From: a phage
Sequence record: PV806337.1
Strand: one strand, 5' to 3'
Length of the DNA stretch: 64,000 nucleotides
Under the pieces are notes generated by a model, which searched no databases, was not told the origin of the DNA, and worked only from the letters and a program-made list of their open reading frames with translations. Below are positions 29,292-37,915 of the stretch, in pieces. Position numbers and translations under genes: made by a program. The stretch's first letter is position 1; each line of letters opens with the position of its first letter.

Positions 29292-29307
29292 TTTTTAAAA
29301 AATTCAT

Positions 29308-29336
29308 TTGCTAAACGCTTCAAATTCTCGTATAAT
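29308..29336 (+). promoter_or_regulatory. T5-type promoter
   Basis: AAAAATTCATTTGCTAAACGCTTCAAATTCTCGTATAAT; -35 TTGCTA, 17 bp, -10 TATAAT. Confidence 0.75.
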
Positions 29337-29374
29337 ATACTTCATAAATTGATAAACAAAAAGGAAAATAAATA

Positions 29375-29890
29375 ATGGCTAAGCAGAAAAACGCAAAAAC
29401 TCAAGCAGCCCCGGCAGTTAAAACTTTCCCTCAGACTGAGGCTAACCGCAAAGCTCGTCTGGAACGCCACCTGCGCAAGCACCCTACTGATGCTCAAGCT
29501 GCACAGGCACTGAATCGTCCGGCTCCGATTCGTCAAAAGCCGAAGGCTAAGAATACCACTCGTTCTGTAGTCCGCCTTGTGACCTATGTACAGGGTTATG
29601 GTCACAAATCTGTTCCAGTAGCACTGAGTTTCAATGCTGGAGCAGAATTGTTCCCTCGTAATGGCATGGCCATGAAAGATTACGAGAAAGCAGTTAACCA
29701 GAAACGCAAACCAACGGCAGATGTATTGCGTGATACTCGTGGACAGTTTGGTTCTGTTAAGCCAAATATCTTCGGTGTAGAGTATAGCAAAGATAATGTT
29801 CGTGCTCTATGTTACGGTGTAGGCATTAAGTTCACGGGTGATTCTGCTCGTAAATCTGCTAAACCAGCTCGTAAACGTAAAGCGAAGTAA
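29375..29890 (+). CDS. hypothetical basic protein (171 aa)
   Basis: Lys/Arg-rich; own promoter; RBS AAAGGAAAA. Confidence 0.55.
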   Translation: MAKQKNAKTQAAPAVKTFPQTEANRKARLERHLRKHPTDAQAAQALNRPAPIRQKPKAKNTTRSVVRLVTYVQGYGHKSVPVALSFNAGAELFPRNGMAMKDYEKAVNQKRKPTADVLRDTRGQFGSVKPNIFGVEYSKDNVRALCYGVGIKFTGDSARKSAKPARKRKAK

Positions 29891-29899
29891 TAGATAAAT

Positions 29900-29915
29900 A
29901 GGGGCAGAAGCCCCT
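29900..29915 (+). other. GC-rich GNRA-tetraloop hairpin (intergenic RNA element)
   Basis: AGGGGC-AGAA-GCCCCT immediately after stop of 29375-29890; no T-run. Confidence 0.5.
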
Positions 29916-29954
29916 ACAATCTACTAATTCTCTAACTAATCAAGGATATTTTTT

Positions 29955-30170
29955 ATGTTCTCTAAGAAACCACGTTCCGTTACTGAAATCGTTGCTTCCT
30001 TTACCACTATCACTGATGAGCTTCAAGCTCGTATTGAGGCTGATCAAAAAATTGCGGCGGATATTCAGAAACAGCAGGAAGAACTCGCTTTAAAGTTGGC
30101 TGAAACCAACAAGAGTGAAAAATCTGCCCAAACTATTATGGAAAATATCCTTAAACTGCTGGGCAAGTGA
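29955..30170 (+). CDS. hypothetical protein (71 aa), coiled-coil-like
   Basis: Track ORF with RBS AAGGA. Confidence 0.5.
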   Translation: MFSKKPRSVTEIVASFTTITDELQARIEADQKIAADIQKQQEELALKLAETNKSEKSAQTIMENILKLLGK

Positions 30171-30178
30171 TTTAAATC

Positions 30179-30196
30179 AGGGGGCGAAAGCCCCTC
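30179..30196 (+). other. GC-rich GNRA-tetraloop hairpin (intergenic RNA element)
   Basis: AGGGGGC-GAAA-GCCCCT after stop of 29955-30170; near-identical to hairpin at 29900. Confidence 0.5.
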
Positions 30197-30211
30197 TTAT
30201 TTGGAGAAACT

Positions 30212-30448
30212 ATGCGTAATTTTGTAGCAAAGAATGATTTTAACCGTGCTAGCACTCATAAGTCCGCTAGAGATTATACACGACTTTCTAGTCATGAGGT
30301 AATGGACACCTGTTATGAAGAGCTGGAAGGTAGCTGGAATGAATGGCCCGACTTCTCTATGGAAGAGAACTGGGATGTCAGTGAGGATATGCTTCCTGGC
30401 TTTAAAGACCCCAAGAAGTGGGAGTCTATTAAAGAGCTGTCTCTTTAA
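30212..30448 (+). CDS. hypothetical acidic protein (78 aa)
   Basis: Track ORF with RBS GGAG. Confidence 0.5.
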   Translation: MRNFVAKNDFNRASTHKSARDYTRLSSHEVMDTCYEELEGSWNEWPDFSMEENWDVSEDMLPGFKDPKKWESIKELSL

Positions 30449-30476
30449 TAGTTTTCTACACAATAAAGGATAAGTT

Positions 30477-31178
30477 ATGAAAGTAAAACCATTTGGTATG
30501 CTAGATATTGAATCTCTGGGAACTCCAGGAGATTGTGGTACTACTCATATCGCAATGCCTTCTTTCGCTTTTGTGGCTATGCATGGAATTGATAAAGACC
30601 CTGATCTAATATTTGTTACTTTGGATGTACAAGATCAGCTTAATTCTGGTGCCAAAGTTACAGCATCTACTCTAGCATTCTGGATGGATCAAGCTAAAAA
30701 TAGCCCGTCTGCTATCCACATTATGGAAGCTATGAAGGAACGTAATCCAAAACTGATTGCCTTCCAAAATGGTAAACATCATTGCACTAATAAACTCGGC
30801 TCTAACTATGCTGCCTACTCTATGGCTAAAAATATTATGGAGTTGGCTTTAGGCGAAAATGCTTTGTATTATGGAAACGGTCCAGAGTTTGATATGACTA
30901 TCTACTCTGCAAACACGTTCCATGCTGGAACCAATGAAGAGGTAGTTCCGTGGAAATTCTGGAATTTGGGTAATGTTCGATCTCTTCGTAACCTCTGGAT
31001 GCAGGCTGGATACAGTTATAAAGCTCTAGAGACCGAAGGTATTAGCTGGGCAATAGCTAAAATGGAGAAGATGGACACCATTCGTTATGGGATCTATCCG
31101 GTTAAGCACGACCCAGCATTTGATGCCTTAGTTGAGAGCTATTGTGTTGCAGCTATGATCGAAAAAATGAAAATTTGA
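30477..31178 (+). CDS. DEDDh-family 3'-5' exonuclease-like protein
   Basis: Exo I-like MLDIESLG and Exo III-like HDPAFDALVE. Confidence 0.6.
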   Translation: MKVKPFGMLDIESLGTPGDCGTTHIAMPSFAFVAMHGIDKDPDLIFVTLDVQDQLNSGAKVTASTLAFWMDQAKNSPSAIHIMEAMKERNPKLIAFQNGKHHCTNKLGSNYAAYSMAKNIMELALGENALYYGNGPEFDMTIYSANTFHAGTNEEVVPWKFWNLGNVRSLRNLWMQAGYSYKALETEGISWAIAKMEKMDTIRYGIYPVKHDPAFDALVESYCVAAMIEKMKI

Positions 31179-31179
31179 T

Positions 31180-31208
31180 TTGCTTCCGGCTCCAAAATTC
31201 TGTATAAT
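31180..31208 (+). promoter_or_regulatory. T5-type promoter
   Basis: -35 TTGCTT, 17 bp, -10 TATAAT upstream of 31249. Confidence 0.7.
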
Positions 31209-31248
31209 ATATTCATAAATTTGAGAAAACAATAAAAGGAAAACAAAT

Positions 31249-31431
31249 ATGCCAGTATCTAAAAATGTTCGTAAAAATGGTAAGAAAGCTACTCGTAATC
31301 TGGGTATCCGTCGTATGGCTGAACGTCAATCAGGTATCCAGAAAATCTTTGATCTGCTAAATCGTGCTAATCCTAAAATTGATAACAGTAACGATACTGT
31401 TCTGCGCACTCTGCTGGCAATTGGTCTGTAA
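31249..31431 (+). CDS. hypothetical small basic protein (60 aa)
   Basis: Track ORF with own promoter. Confidence 0.5.
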   Translation: MPVSKNVRKNGKKATRNLGIRRMAERQSGIQKIFDLLNRANPKIDNSNDTVLRTLLAIGL

Positions 31432-31484
31432 TAGACCAACTTTAAACAAATTCAAATCTCAAACTTCATATAAGGAAGCAAATA

Positions 31485-32123
31485 ATGACTACTCGTATCT
31501 CTAAAACTCGCGCTCTGGCAACTATCAAATCTCTGGAAGCTAAAATCCGTAAAGCTACTGAACAACAGCTTCTGATCGCTGTTGGTGAAGGTAAGGATAA
31601 AAATAAGGTTGTAGTTGGCGCTGCAATCGAAGTAGATGATTTATCTGAGCGTATTAAGACAGATTTCCAGTCCCTGCTGGATATGATGTCCCAGCGTGAT
31701 CGTATCAAAGCTGCTCTGATTAAGAGCAATGCAGAAACGATCGTTGAGATAGGCTCTCGTAAAATGACTGTTGCGGAAGCAATTGAAGCTAAGCGTTCTA
31801 TGGAACTTAAAGCCCAACTGCTGGCTAACATGCGTAAGCAGTTCCATGCCGCCACGGTTAAGTTTAATACGCAGAAAGCACAGTTTGATGCTAAATATGA
31901 GCGTTTGCAGGATAGCATGGCTACCCGTGATAAGAAAACTTCCGAAGATGAAGTTAAAATGCAGCTCAACCTGCTGGAACTCAAGAATACTCCATTCTTG
32001 ATTGATCCGCTGGAACTGGAGAAGCTGATTAAGCAGCATGACGAGGAATACCAGGACTTTGCAACAAATGTTGATTTTGTTCTGTCCGAGTCTAACGCCT
32101 CTACCTTCATTGAAGTAGAGTAA
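31485..32123 (+). CDS. hypothetical protein (212 aa), coiled-coil-rich
   Basis: Track ORF with RBS AAGGAAG; antisense track ORFs look spurious. Confidence 0.6.
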   Translation: MTTRISKTRALATIKSLEAKIRKATEQQLLIAVGEGKDKNKVVVGAAIEVDDLSERIKTDFQSLLDMMSQRDRIKAALIKSNAETIVEIGSRKMTVAEAIEAKRSMELKAQLLANMRKQFHAATVKFNTQKAQFDAKYERLQDSMATRDKKTSEDEVKMQLNLLELKNTPFLIDPLELEKLIKQHDEEYQDFATNVDFVLSESNASTFIEVE

Positions 32124-32506
32124 TAATTTAAAAGCTAGTAAATCGGTAGACGAAAGCCCAAGCATCTTACCTCGCAGCAGCGGTTGAAATACGAGGTTAA
32201 ATAAGACCGCTGACCATACTATAAAGTATAATCTATTGGAGATTATGTTTATTACACCAGCCTTTTAAGCTGACACGTAAGAACAAAGCGTCGTTGATAT
32301 TACCGACACAACTTCAAAGATCAACATTTAAGTATGAAAGCTGAAAAGTTTAAAGAACTCAAACTTCTAAACTTCTAAAGCTAAAAGATGCAAAGTATTC
32401 GTTGATGATTCAAACCCTAGATCAAAGGTACATGGCTCATAAGATATGGCCTGTGGCGCCTCTAGGCTGTTTATCGGTTTACTAGTTTCACAATTTAAAA
32501 ATGTAT

Positions 32507-32535
32507 TTGCTAATTTACTAAGTTATCTGTATAAT
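32507..32535 (+). promoter_or_regulatory. T5-type promoter
   Basis: -35 TTGCTA, 17 bp, -10 TATAAT upstream of 32566. Confidence 0.7.
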
Positions 32536-32565
32536 ATATTTTTAAATTGATGAAACGAGGCTATT

Positions 32566-32883
32566 ATGACTTTTCATATTTTGATTGATGATGTGCGTAA
32601 TCTTCACGGAATGGATATTATCATTCGAACCCCAGAAGCCGCTGTAGAGTTTCTGAATAAAACTGATACCACCGGCCATTTCGTTTATATGGATAATGAC
32701 TTGGCTGTAGATGGTATGGAAGGTTATCAAATTCTTCGTTTACTCTTAGAATTTGGGCAGAGACCAAAGAAAGTGGTACTAGTAACCTCGAACCCAGTAG
32801 CTAAGCAAAATATGCGTAATGATTTGCTTGACTTAGGGTATAAAGAAAATCCCAATCGTGTTGAATATGATTGGCAGGAGTAA
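32566..32883 (+). CDS. hypothetical protein (105 aa), possibly receiver-like fold
   Basis: Track ORF with own promoter; acidic residues ILIDDV...MDNDL; weak. Confidence 0.5.
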   Translation: MTFHILIDDVRNLHGMDIIIRTPEAAVEFLNKTDTTGHFVYMDNDLAVDGMEGYQILRLLLEFGQRPKKVVLVTSNPVAKQNMRNDLLDLGYKENPNRVEYDWQE

Positions 32884-32888
32884 AAAGA

Positions 32889-33338
32889 ATGAAGGCAGCT
32901 TTGCTTTTAGTAGCTGCCCTTACCTTCAGCTTTAGTAGTCAGGCATCGCACGATGCAAAAGAAATAGATTGCATTGCTAAAAATATCTATTTCGAAAGTC
33001 GTGGTGAGGGCATAAAGGGAATGACGGCGATTGCACATGTTACTAAAAACCGTGTAAACTCCGGTAAATTCCCAGATTCCTACTGTAAAGTAGTATATCA
33101 GTCTAACCAGTTCTCTTGGGTATCTAAGAGACCAAAAGTTGATAAAACTGATGAGGCTTGGCAAACCGCTAAGAATTTAGCTAGAGTGATATACTACGTT
33201 GATTTACCACAAGATCCTACATATGGAGCACTATACTTCCATAGTGGTAAAGATAAACCTTACTGGACAAAGAAGTTTAAGAAAACAACTAAGATTAAGG
33301 GACATACATTCTATAAACCTGTTGTCACTAAAACTTAA
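32889..33338 (+). CDS. secreted cell-wall hydrolase, SleB/CwlJ-like
   Basis: Signal peptide MKAALLLVAALTFSFSSQA; block NIYFESRGEGIKGMTAIAHVTKNR typical of SleB-type hydrolases. Confidence 0.6.
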   Translation: MKAALLLVAALTFSFSSQASHDAKEIDCIAKNIYFESRGEGIKGMTAIAHVTKNRVNSGKFPDSYCKVVYQSNQFSWVSKRPKVDKTDEAWQTAKNLARVIYYVDLPQDPTYGALYFHSGKDKPYWTKKFKKTTKIKGHTFYKPVVTKT

Positions 33339-33346
33339 AAATTTAC

Positions 33347-33375
33347 TTGCTTAGCTACTTAAATTTCTGTATAAT
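33347..33375 (+). promoter_or_regulatory. T5-type promoter
   Basis: -35 TTGCTT, 17 bp, -10 TATAAT upstream of small ORF 33407. Confidence 0.7.
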
Positions 33376-33406
33376 ACTTTCATAAATTAATGAGAGGAAG
33401 CGAAAT

Positions 33407-33577
33407 ATGAAATCAGTTGTAATTATTGGTGTTAACACTCGCGGTATTCGTACTACGAAAACTGTTAAAACTTCTAACGTTGCTGAAATAACTACGAACC
33501 CTAAAAAGTTTGATTTCGCCAAAGTCTCAGCAGTTATGACAGAACAATCTTTTAACCAAGCATTGGGGATGAAATAA
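33407..33577 (+). CDS. hypothetical small protein (56 aa)
   Basis: Not in track (<60 aa); T5-type promoter and RBS GAGAGGAAG upstream; stop overlaps next start. Confidence 0.4.
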   Translation: MKSVVIIGVNTRGIRTTKTVKTSNVAEITTNPKKFDFAKVSAVMTEQSFNQALGMK

Positions 33578-34011
33578 TGGGTGAAAATATTCTAATGACC
33601 CTTCGTGGACTACTTAGTCTAGCACGTACTCACGGTGATAAGGAACGGGCACTTAATCTTCAGACCATGATTGGTGATCTGCAACGTATTGATAAAGACA
33701 TTGTTACTCGAACCGAGTTCGTAGCCTATCTGAAAGCTCAGATTAAGGCTCTAGAAAATGCAAAACAACGCGCTATTAAAGTTGGTATGGAAGTTCCTAC
33801 TGATGTAGACTATGAGCAACTGCTTTATTCCATGCTGCAAGAGTATCAGCCAAGTCAACTGACTGAGGTTCAGATTCGTGAGTATTTTGCAGAACTGGTT
33901 AAATTAAACCCAGGTATTACCAAAGCTCTATTAATGAAAACTATTAAGGCAGAATTTCCCGGACGTTATGACGGTAAAACAACTGCTTTGATTGCTAGTG
34001 AATTTTTCTAA
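33577..34011 (+). CDS. hypothetical protein (144 aa)
   Basis: Track ORF. Confidence 0.55.
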   Translation: MGENILMTLRGLLSLARTHGDKERALNLQTMIGDLQRIDKDIVTRTEFVAYLKAQIKALENAKQRAIKVGMEVPTDVDYEQLLYSMLQEYQPSQLTEVQIREYFAELVKLNPGITKALLMKTIKAEFPGRYDGKTTALIASEFF

Positions 34012-34019
34012 AAATTCAT

Positions 34020-34048
34020 TTGCTAAATGCTTATAAATTCTGTATAAT
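34020..34048 (+). promoter_or_regulatory. T5-type promoter driving an about 800-nt non-coding transcript ending in tRNA-Arg
   Basis: -35 TTGCTA, 17 bp, -10 TATAAT; no ORF with RBS until 34955. Confidence 0.7.
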
Positions 34049-34270
34049 ATATTCATAAATTAGGGAACAGCGAGCCGATTACGCTGAGTGCAGAATCCCA
34101 ACCGGAGCGCATTGAATAGAGTCGGTGGGTTAGTTGTAAAACTAGTACACAGGGGGCGGCAATCCCGGTTAGTGGCTAGAACGTGTAAAATGAGGCGTCT
34201 GAAACCTCTCCCCTAAACTCTTCTCTGATTTATAAATAGTGGGGTGTGGAAATCACTTATGTAGTAACAC

Positions 34271-34342
34271 TGCCGTCCTAGTATAATTGGTATTATCAAG
34301 CCGTAACTGGTGGAAGATGTAGGTTCGAATCCTACGGTCGGT
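34271..34342 (+). ncRNA. degenerate tRNA-like fragment (T-arm and acceptor only)
   Basis: T-arm GTAGG-TTCGAAT-CCTAC and 6/7-bp acceptor GCCGTCC/GGTCGGT, no convincing anticodon arm, no CCA. Confidence 0.3.
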
Positions 34343-34845
34343 AAGAACTGGATAACTGATGCTTTTAACATAAAAGCTTCCGAGGTTAGTTGCGCACTGC
34401 CTAAACCACGCGGTAGTTGGTTCCAGACTAACCAACCAGTCTGCTGAATAGTTTTATTACGATTTAACTATGTCCAGGCTAAAGAAGAACTTTAGAAGGT
34501 ATTCTAGGATAGTGAAGTTCTTTCTCCATATCGGAGTAGTTTTTCAAGCTATCCACAAAGTGGGAAATGCTGACATGAGAGATGTCACTAATGGTGCACA
34601 ATAGCACAGGTAATTCGCGATAACTCCTGTTGAGTAGCAGCAAAAGGTGGGAAGTCATGACCCCAAGCCTAACCGAGTCCTCAATATACCGCAGGACATA
34701 ACCACTAAGTCACCCTGACTTAAACTGGAAAATAATAGACGTTACTGTATTTTGTCTTGAAATACTTAATGAGTGAGACTTATGACTCTCCCGGTATCGT
34801 CTGTATTTTTAAGAGTTTTTACGAGAGTTCTTAAAAATACTTAAA

Positions 34846-34920
34846 CGGGGTGTAGTCTAAGGGAGAGGCAGGAGTCTTCTAAATTCCTTTATGCAGGTTC
34901 GAATCCTGTCACCTCGGCCA
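34846..34920 (+). tRNA. tRNA-Arg (anticodon TCT)
   Basis: Acceptor CGGGGTG/CACCTCG, anticodon stem GGAGT/ATTCC with loop CTTCTAA, T-arm GCAGG-TTCGAAT-CCTGT, encoded CCA. Confidence 0.8.
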
Positions 34921-34954
34921 ATTTTATTAACTGTAACTAAAACAAAGGAAATAT

Positions 34955-35902
34955 ATGTTTGCTACTAAAAATATGAAAGAACTGACTTCTGAGCAGAAAG
35001 TAATTCGTACTATTAAACGTTGGGGTATTGGTGCTGTAGTTGGTTTAGCAGGTTTAATCCTAGCTTTTAATTCATATACTATTGTTTCTGATGGTACGGT
35101 TAAAACCCAAACATTCCTGGGTAAAGTAGACCCTAATCCAGTATTGCCGGGCTTCCATCTTGTAAACCCGTTTGCATCTTTCGATACTTTTAGTACAAAA
35201 GATATTGCTGTAAAATTAGATAAACTTCAGGTTCCTAGCCAGGATAAGTTTAAATCCACTGTTGACCTGACTGTTATGTTGCAGTTTGATGGTTCTAAAG
35301 CACCGATTAACCGTATTAACGCAGGTACTCAGGATCAGGCACTAGACAAGTATGTAACTGAAAAATTACTGTCTACTATTCGTGAGTTTGGTAAGTCTGT
35401 ACCTAAAGCACAAGATTTATTTGATGCTAAAATTCAGGCTCAATTGCAAACTGCAATTCAACAGGAAGTTGAAGAGTATGCGCGCCCATATGGTTACACA
35501 GTTAAGCAGGTATTCCTTCAGGATATTACCTTGCCGCCAGTAATCATGGAACAGGTACAGAATACCAAAGTTCGTGAAGAGCAAGTTAATGCTGCGAAAG
35601 CTGAACTTGCTCGCGTTGAACAGGAAGCACAGCAAAAAGTTAAACAAGCAGAAGCAGATCGTGAAGCTCGTAACAACCAAGCTATTGCTAATGAACGTGA
35701 CGCAGATGCTAAACTGTACGCAGCTAAGAAAGAAGCTGAAGCTAACGCCGCATTGCAACGTACCATTACTCCTGAAATGATTCGTTGGAAACAACTGGAA
35801 GTTGAAATGATCCGTGCTCAGAAGTATCAAGGTGGTGTACCTCAGACTGTGGTAGGTACTGGCTACGATGGTCAAATGATCATGGATATGCGTAACAAGT
35901 AA
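34955..35902 (+). CDS. SPFH/band-7 (stomatin/prohibitin-like) membrane protein
   Basis: N-terminal TM (WGIGAVVGLAGLILAF), SPFH-like core, long Ala/Glu/Gln coiled coil. Confidence 0.65.
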   Translation: MFATKNMKELTSEQKVIRTIKRWGIGAVVGLAGLILAFNSYTIVSDGTVKTQTFLGKVDPNPVLPGFHLVNPFASFDTFSTKDIAVKLDKLQVPSQDKFKSTVDLTVMLQFDGSKAPINRINAGTQDQALDKYVTEKLLSTIREFGKSVPKAQDLFDAKIQAQLQTAIQQEVEEYARPYGYTVKQVFLQDITLPPVIMEQVQNTKVREEQVNAAKAELARVEQEAQQKVKQAEADREARNNQAIANERDADAKLYAAKKEAEANAALQRTITPEMIRWKQLEVEMIRAQKYQGGVPQTVVGTGYDGQMIMDMRNK

Positions 35903-35925
35903 TAGTTACACGTAATCTTCGAACC

Positions 35926-35960
35926 AAGCCCGCGTTTCCTACGAGAGCGCGGGCTTTTCT
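35926..35960 (+). terminator. rho-independent terminator after SPFH gene
   Basis: AAGCCCGCG ... CGCGGGCTT followed by TTTCTGTATTT. Confidence 0.7.
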
Positions 35961-35970
35961 GTATTTAAGG

Positions 35971-36015
35971 CAAAAGAAAAAGCCCCTTACCTTTCGGCAG
36001 GGGCTTTTGTTTTTG
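35971..36015. terminator. bidirectional terminator between convergent units
   Basis: AGCCCCT-TACCTTTCGGC-AGGGGCT flanked by A-run upstream and T-run downstream. Confidence 0.65.
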
Positions 36016-36221
36016 GTTTAGAACCATACTCTCGGTGTACAGCAACCACCCATACGGGAGGCCAATCTTGACTGAAAATCTACTCTAGGGGGCAGGATAA
36101 GAGTAGGCTTAAAGGCAAAGGGATTGAACGCCGGTATTTGCGTAAACATTGCTGGAGAGCAACAACGTGCTACAGGCACTGGGCAGCACGAAACAGATTT
36201 TCTGCAACACATATTTCCTCC

Positions 36222-36638
36222 TTAGGAGTTACTACCCCCATTTTGAGCTTTTGCAACTTGGCTTTGGCAGAAGCTATTAAACTTACCCATAAGTGATACA
36301 AGCTGTTTCCCATCCTCTGTCTTTGCGAAGTCTTCGAAAAGGGCTAGTACTGCCTGTCCTTCCGCAGAAACCTGCGGTTGTTGGGTTTGTTGCTGAACTT
36401 GCTGCTGAGGCACCTGTTGCTGCATTTGTTGAGGCATTTGCGACTGCCCGCTCATTTGCTGCATCATTTGCATAGGACTCACACTTCCAGGGTTTTGCTG
36501 GAGTTGTTGCTGCATCTGTTGCGCTTCTGCTAAACGCTGTTGCAACTGTTGTAAGTAGGGGTTATCCAGACCCGGAATGGGCTGCTGGGAGCCCATACTT
36601 TGATTAAGTCCGTTATTTACAAAACCATATTTACTCAT
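36222..36638 (-). CDS. Gln-rich low-complexity protein (138 aa)
   Basis: Track ORF; extreme Q/M/P composition (QQMQQQLQQ...). Confidence 0.5.
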   Translation of the reverse strand: MSKYGFVNNGLNQSMGSQQPIPGLDNPYLQQLQQRLAEAQQMQQQLQQNPGSVSPMQMMQQMSGQSQMPQQMQQQVPQQQVQQQTQQPQVSAEGQAVLALFEDFAKTEDGKQLVSLMGKFNSFCQSQVAKAQNGGSNS

Positions 36639-36659
36639 AATGGGCTCCTCCCCTTAATA

Positions 36660-37649
36660 TTAAGCCGGCAGTTTAGCCTGCAGACCAGCCAGAGTCTGAG
36701 TGATAGCACCAAGACTTAAAGCGATTTGATTAATTACCTGACCGTTAGCACCGCTACCCGCAGCGATTGCTTCACGTAGGCGACATGCGTCTAACTCATC
36801 CTGGATACGCGCAGTAGTTACACCAGCGATCGCAGTCTGAAGTTCACAGCAACATTCAGCGATCTGACGTTCCAGAGAGTTCTGGTTAGCACACATCTGA
36901 GCCTGAACAGCGGCAAACTGGTTATTAGTTTGTAAAGTCTGCTGGAAAGCGATCTGTGCAGAATCAAACTTATCTTGTGCACGAGCTATCTGGTTAGCTG
37001 CGAAAGATTGATCAATCTGGCGAGAAAGATCGAACTGACCCTGAATAACGTTGCGAGTTTCCTGGCAGATCTGATTAGACAGATTAGCACCTGTACCGTA
37101 GATCGTAGTTAGTACAGACTGAGTATCACGGCTCTGGTTTTGGGTTGTCTGGCTAAAACCATTGTTAACTGCGCTTAAAACAGCTCCAGTACCCTGGTTA
37201 GCCTCTGTACGAGTAGTGTTGATAGCTGCTAGAATACTAGCGGTATCTTGGTTCTGAAGTACTGCATCAACTGCGGTACCTTCACCAACTACACCACGTC
37301 CACCGAATCCACCGAAACCACCGAATCCGCCGGTTAATAGAGCACCGATTAGGATAGCTCCGAATAGTCCCATACCTTCACCACCGAAAGCACCTGCGTT
37401 TGCTGGGTAACCACCCAGTAGGCCAGGGAAGCCACTAGTGAATACGTTTACTGGTTCTTGCATTTTATGTTTTCCATATTTATGACAATGTTCATCATCG
37501 TCATCTTCTTCTTCATCATCGTGTTCACGATGTTTTTCTTCGTAGGCTCTGACCTTCTCCCACTTTTTCTTATCTGATTCCTCGTGACGGTGCAGTTCTG
37601 CTGCAACGCTAGCGACGGTCTCAGGACTCTTAGCTACTTCTTCTGTCAT
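36660..37649 (-). CDS. membrane protein with His/acidic N-terminus, Gly-rich TM and Q/N/T-rich C-terminus
   Basis: Likely start M21 of track ORF with RBS AGGAGGTG; HREHDDEEEDDDDEH block; GALLTGGFGGFGGFGG; own sigma70-like promoter. Confidence 0.55.
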   Translation of the reverse strand: MTEEVAKSPETVASVAAELHRHEESDKKKWEKVRAYEEKHREHDDEEEDDDDEHCHKYGKHKMQEPVNVFTSGFPGLLGGYPANAGAFGGEGMGLFGAILIGALLTGGFGGFGGFGGRGVVGEGTAVDAVLQNQDTASILAAINTTRTEANQGTGAVLSAVNNGFSQTTQNQSRDTQSVLTTIYGTGANLSNQICQETRNVIQGQFDLSRQIDQSFAANQIARAQDKFDSAQIAFQQTLQTNNQFAAVQAQMCANQNSLERQIAECCCELQTAIAGVTTARIQDELDACRLREAIAAGSGANGQVINQIALSLGAITQTLAGLQAKLPA

Positions 37650-37711
37650 ATTTTGACACCTCCTAGTATATAGAAAATGTGTGTCTCTTTGATCACTCAT
37701 CCATAACATAT

Positions 37712-37740
37712 ACTTTACACTACCCCAGCGAAAATGTCAA
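37712..37740 (-). promoter_or_regulatory. sigma70-like promoter for antisense island gene
   Basis: -35 TTGACA, 17 bp, -10 TAAAGT on minus strand; lacks the T5 early promoter downstream box. Confidence 0.5.
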
Positions 37741-37856
37741 GGGGTCTTTAAAAATTGCCCCCGGATTTTTAGTGGGGTCACAAATTTTGGTCCTCCCCAC
37801 TTATCTGCTACCCTTAAGTGCCCTATGATTTTCCTCTAAAAAGTTAAAAAATTTGA

Positions 37857-37885
37857 TTGCTTGAATGCTAAATTCTCTGTATAAT
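37857..37885 (+). promoter_or_regulatory. T5-type promoter for Toprim gene
   Basis: -35 TTGCTT, 17 bp, -10 TATAAT. Confidence 0.7.
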
Positions 37886-37915
37886 ATATCTATAAATTTG
37901 AGAGAGGAACCAAAT

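Noticed and set aside
31466-32165. Minus-strand track ORFs 31466..32110 and 31641..32165, plus 31771..32001(+)
   Set aside because: Antisense or alternate frames of ORF 31485-32123; low-complexity Ser/Leu-rich translations typical of antisense artefacts
35417-35875. Minus-strand track ORFs 35417..35875 and 35518..35766
   Set aside because: Antisense to the SPFH gene coiled-coil region; repetitive Ala/Ser-rich translation; no signals
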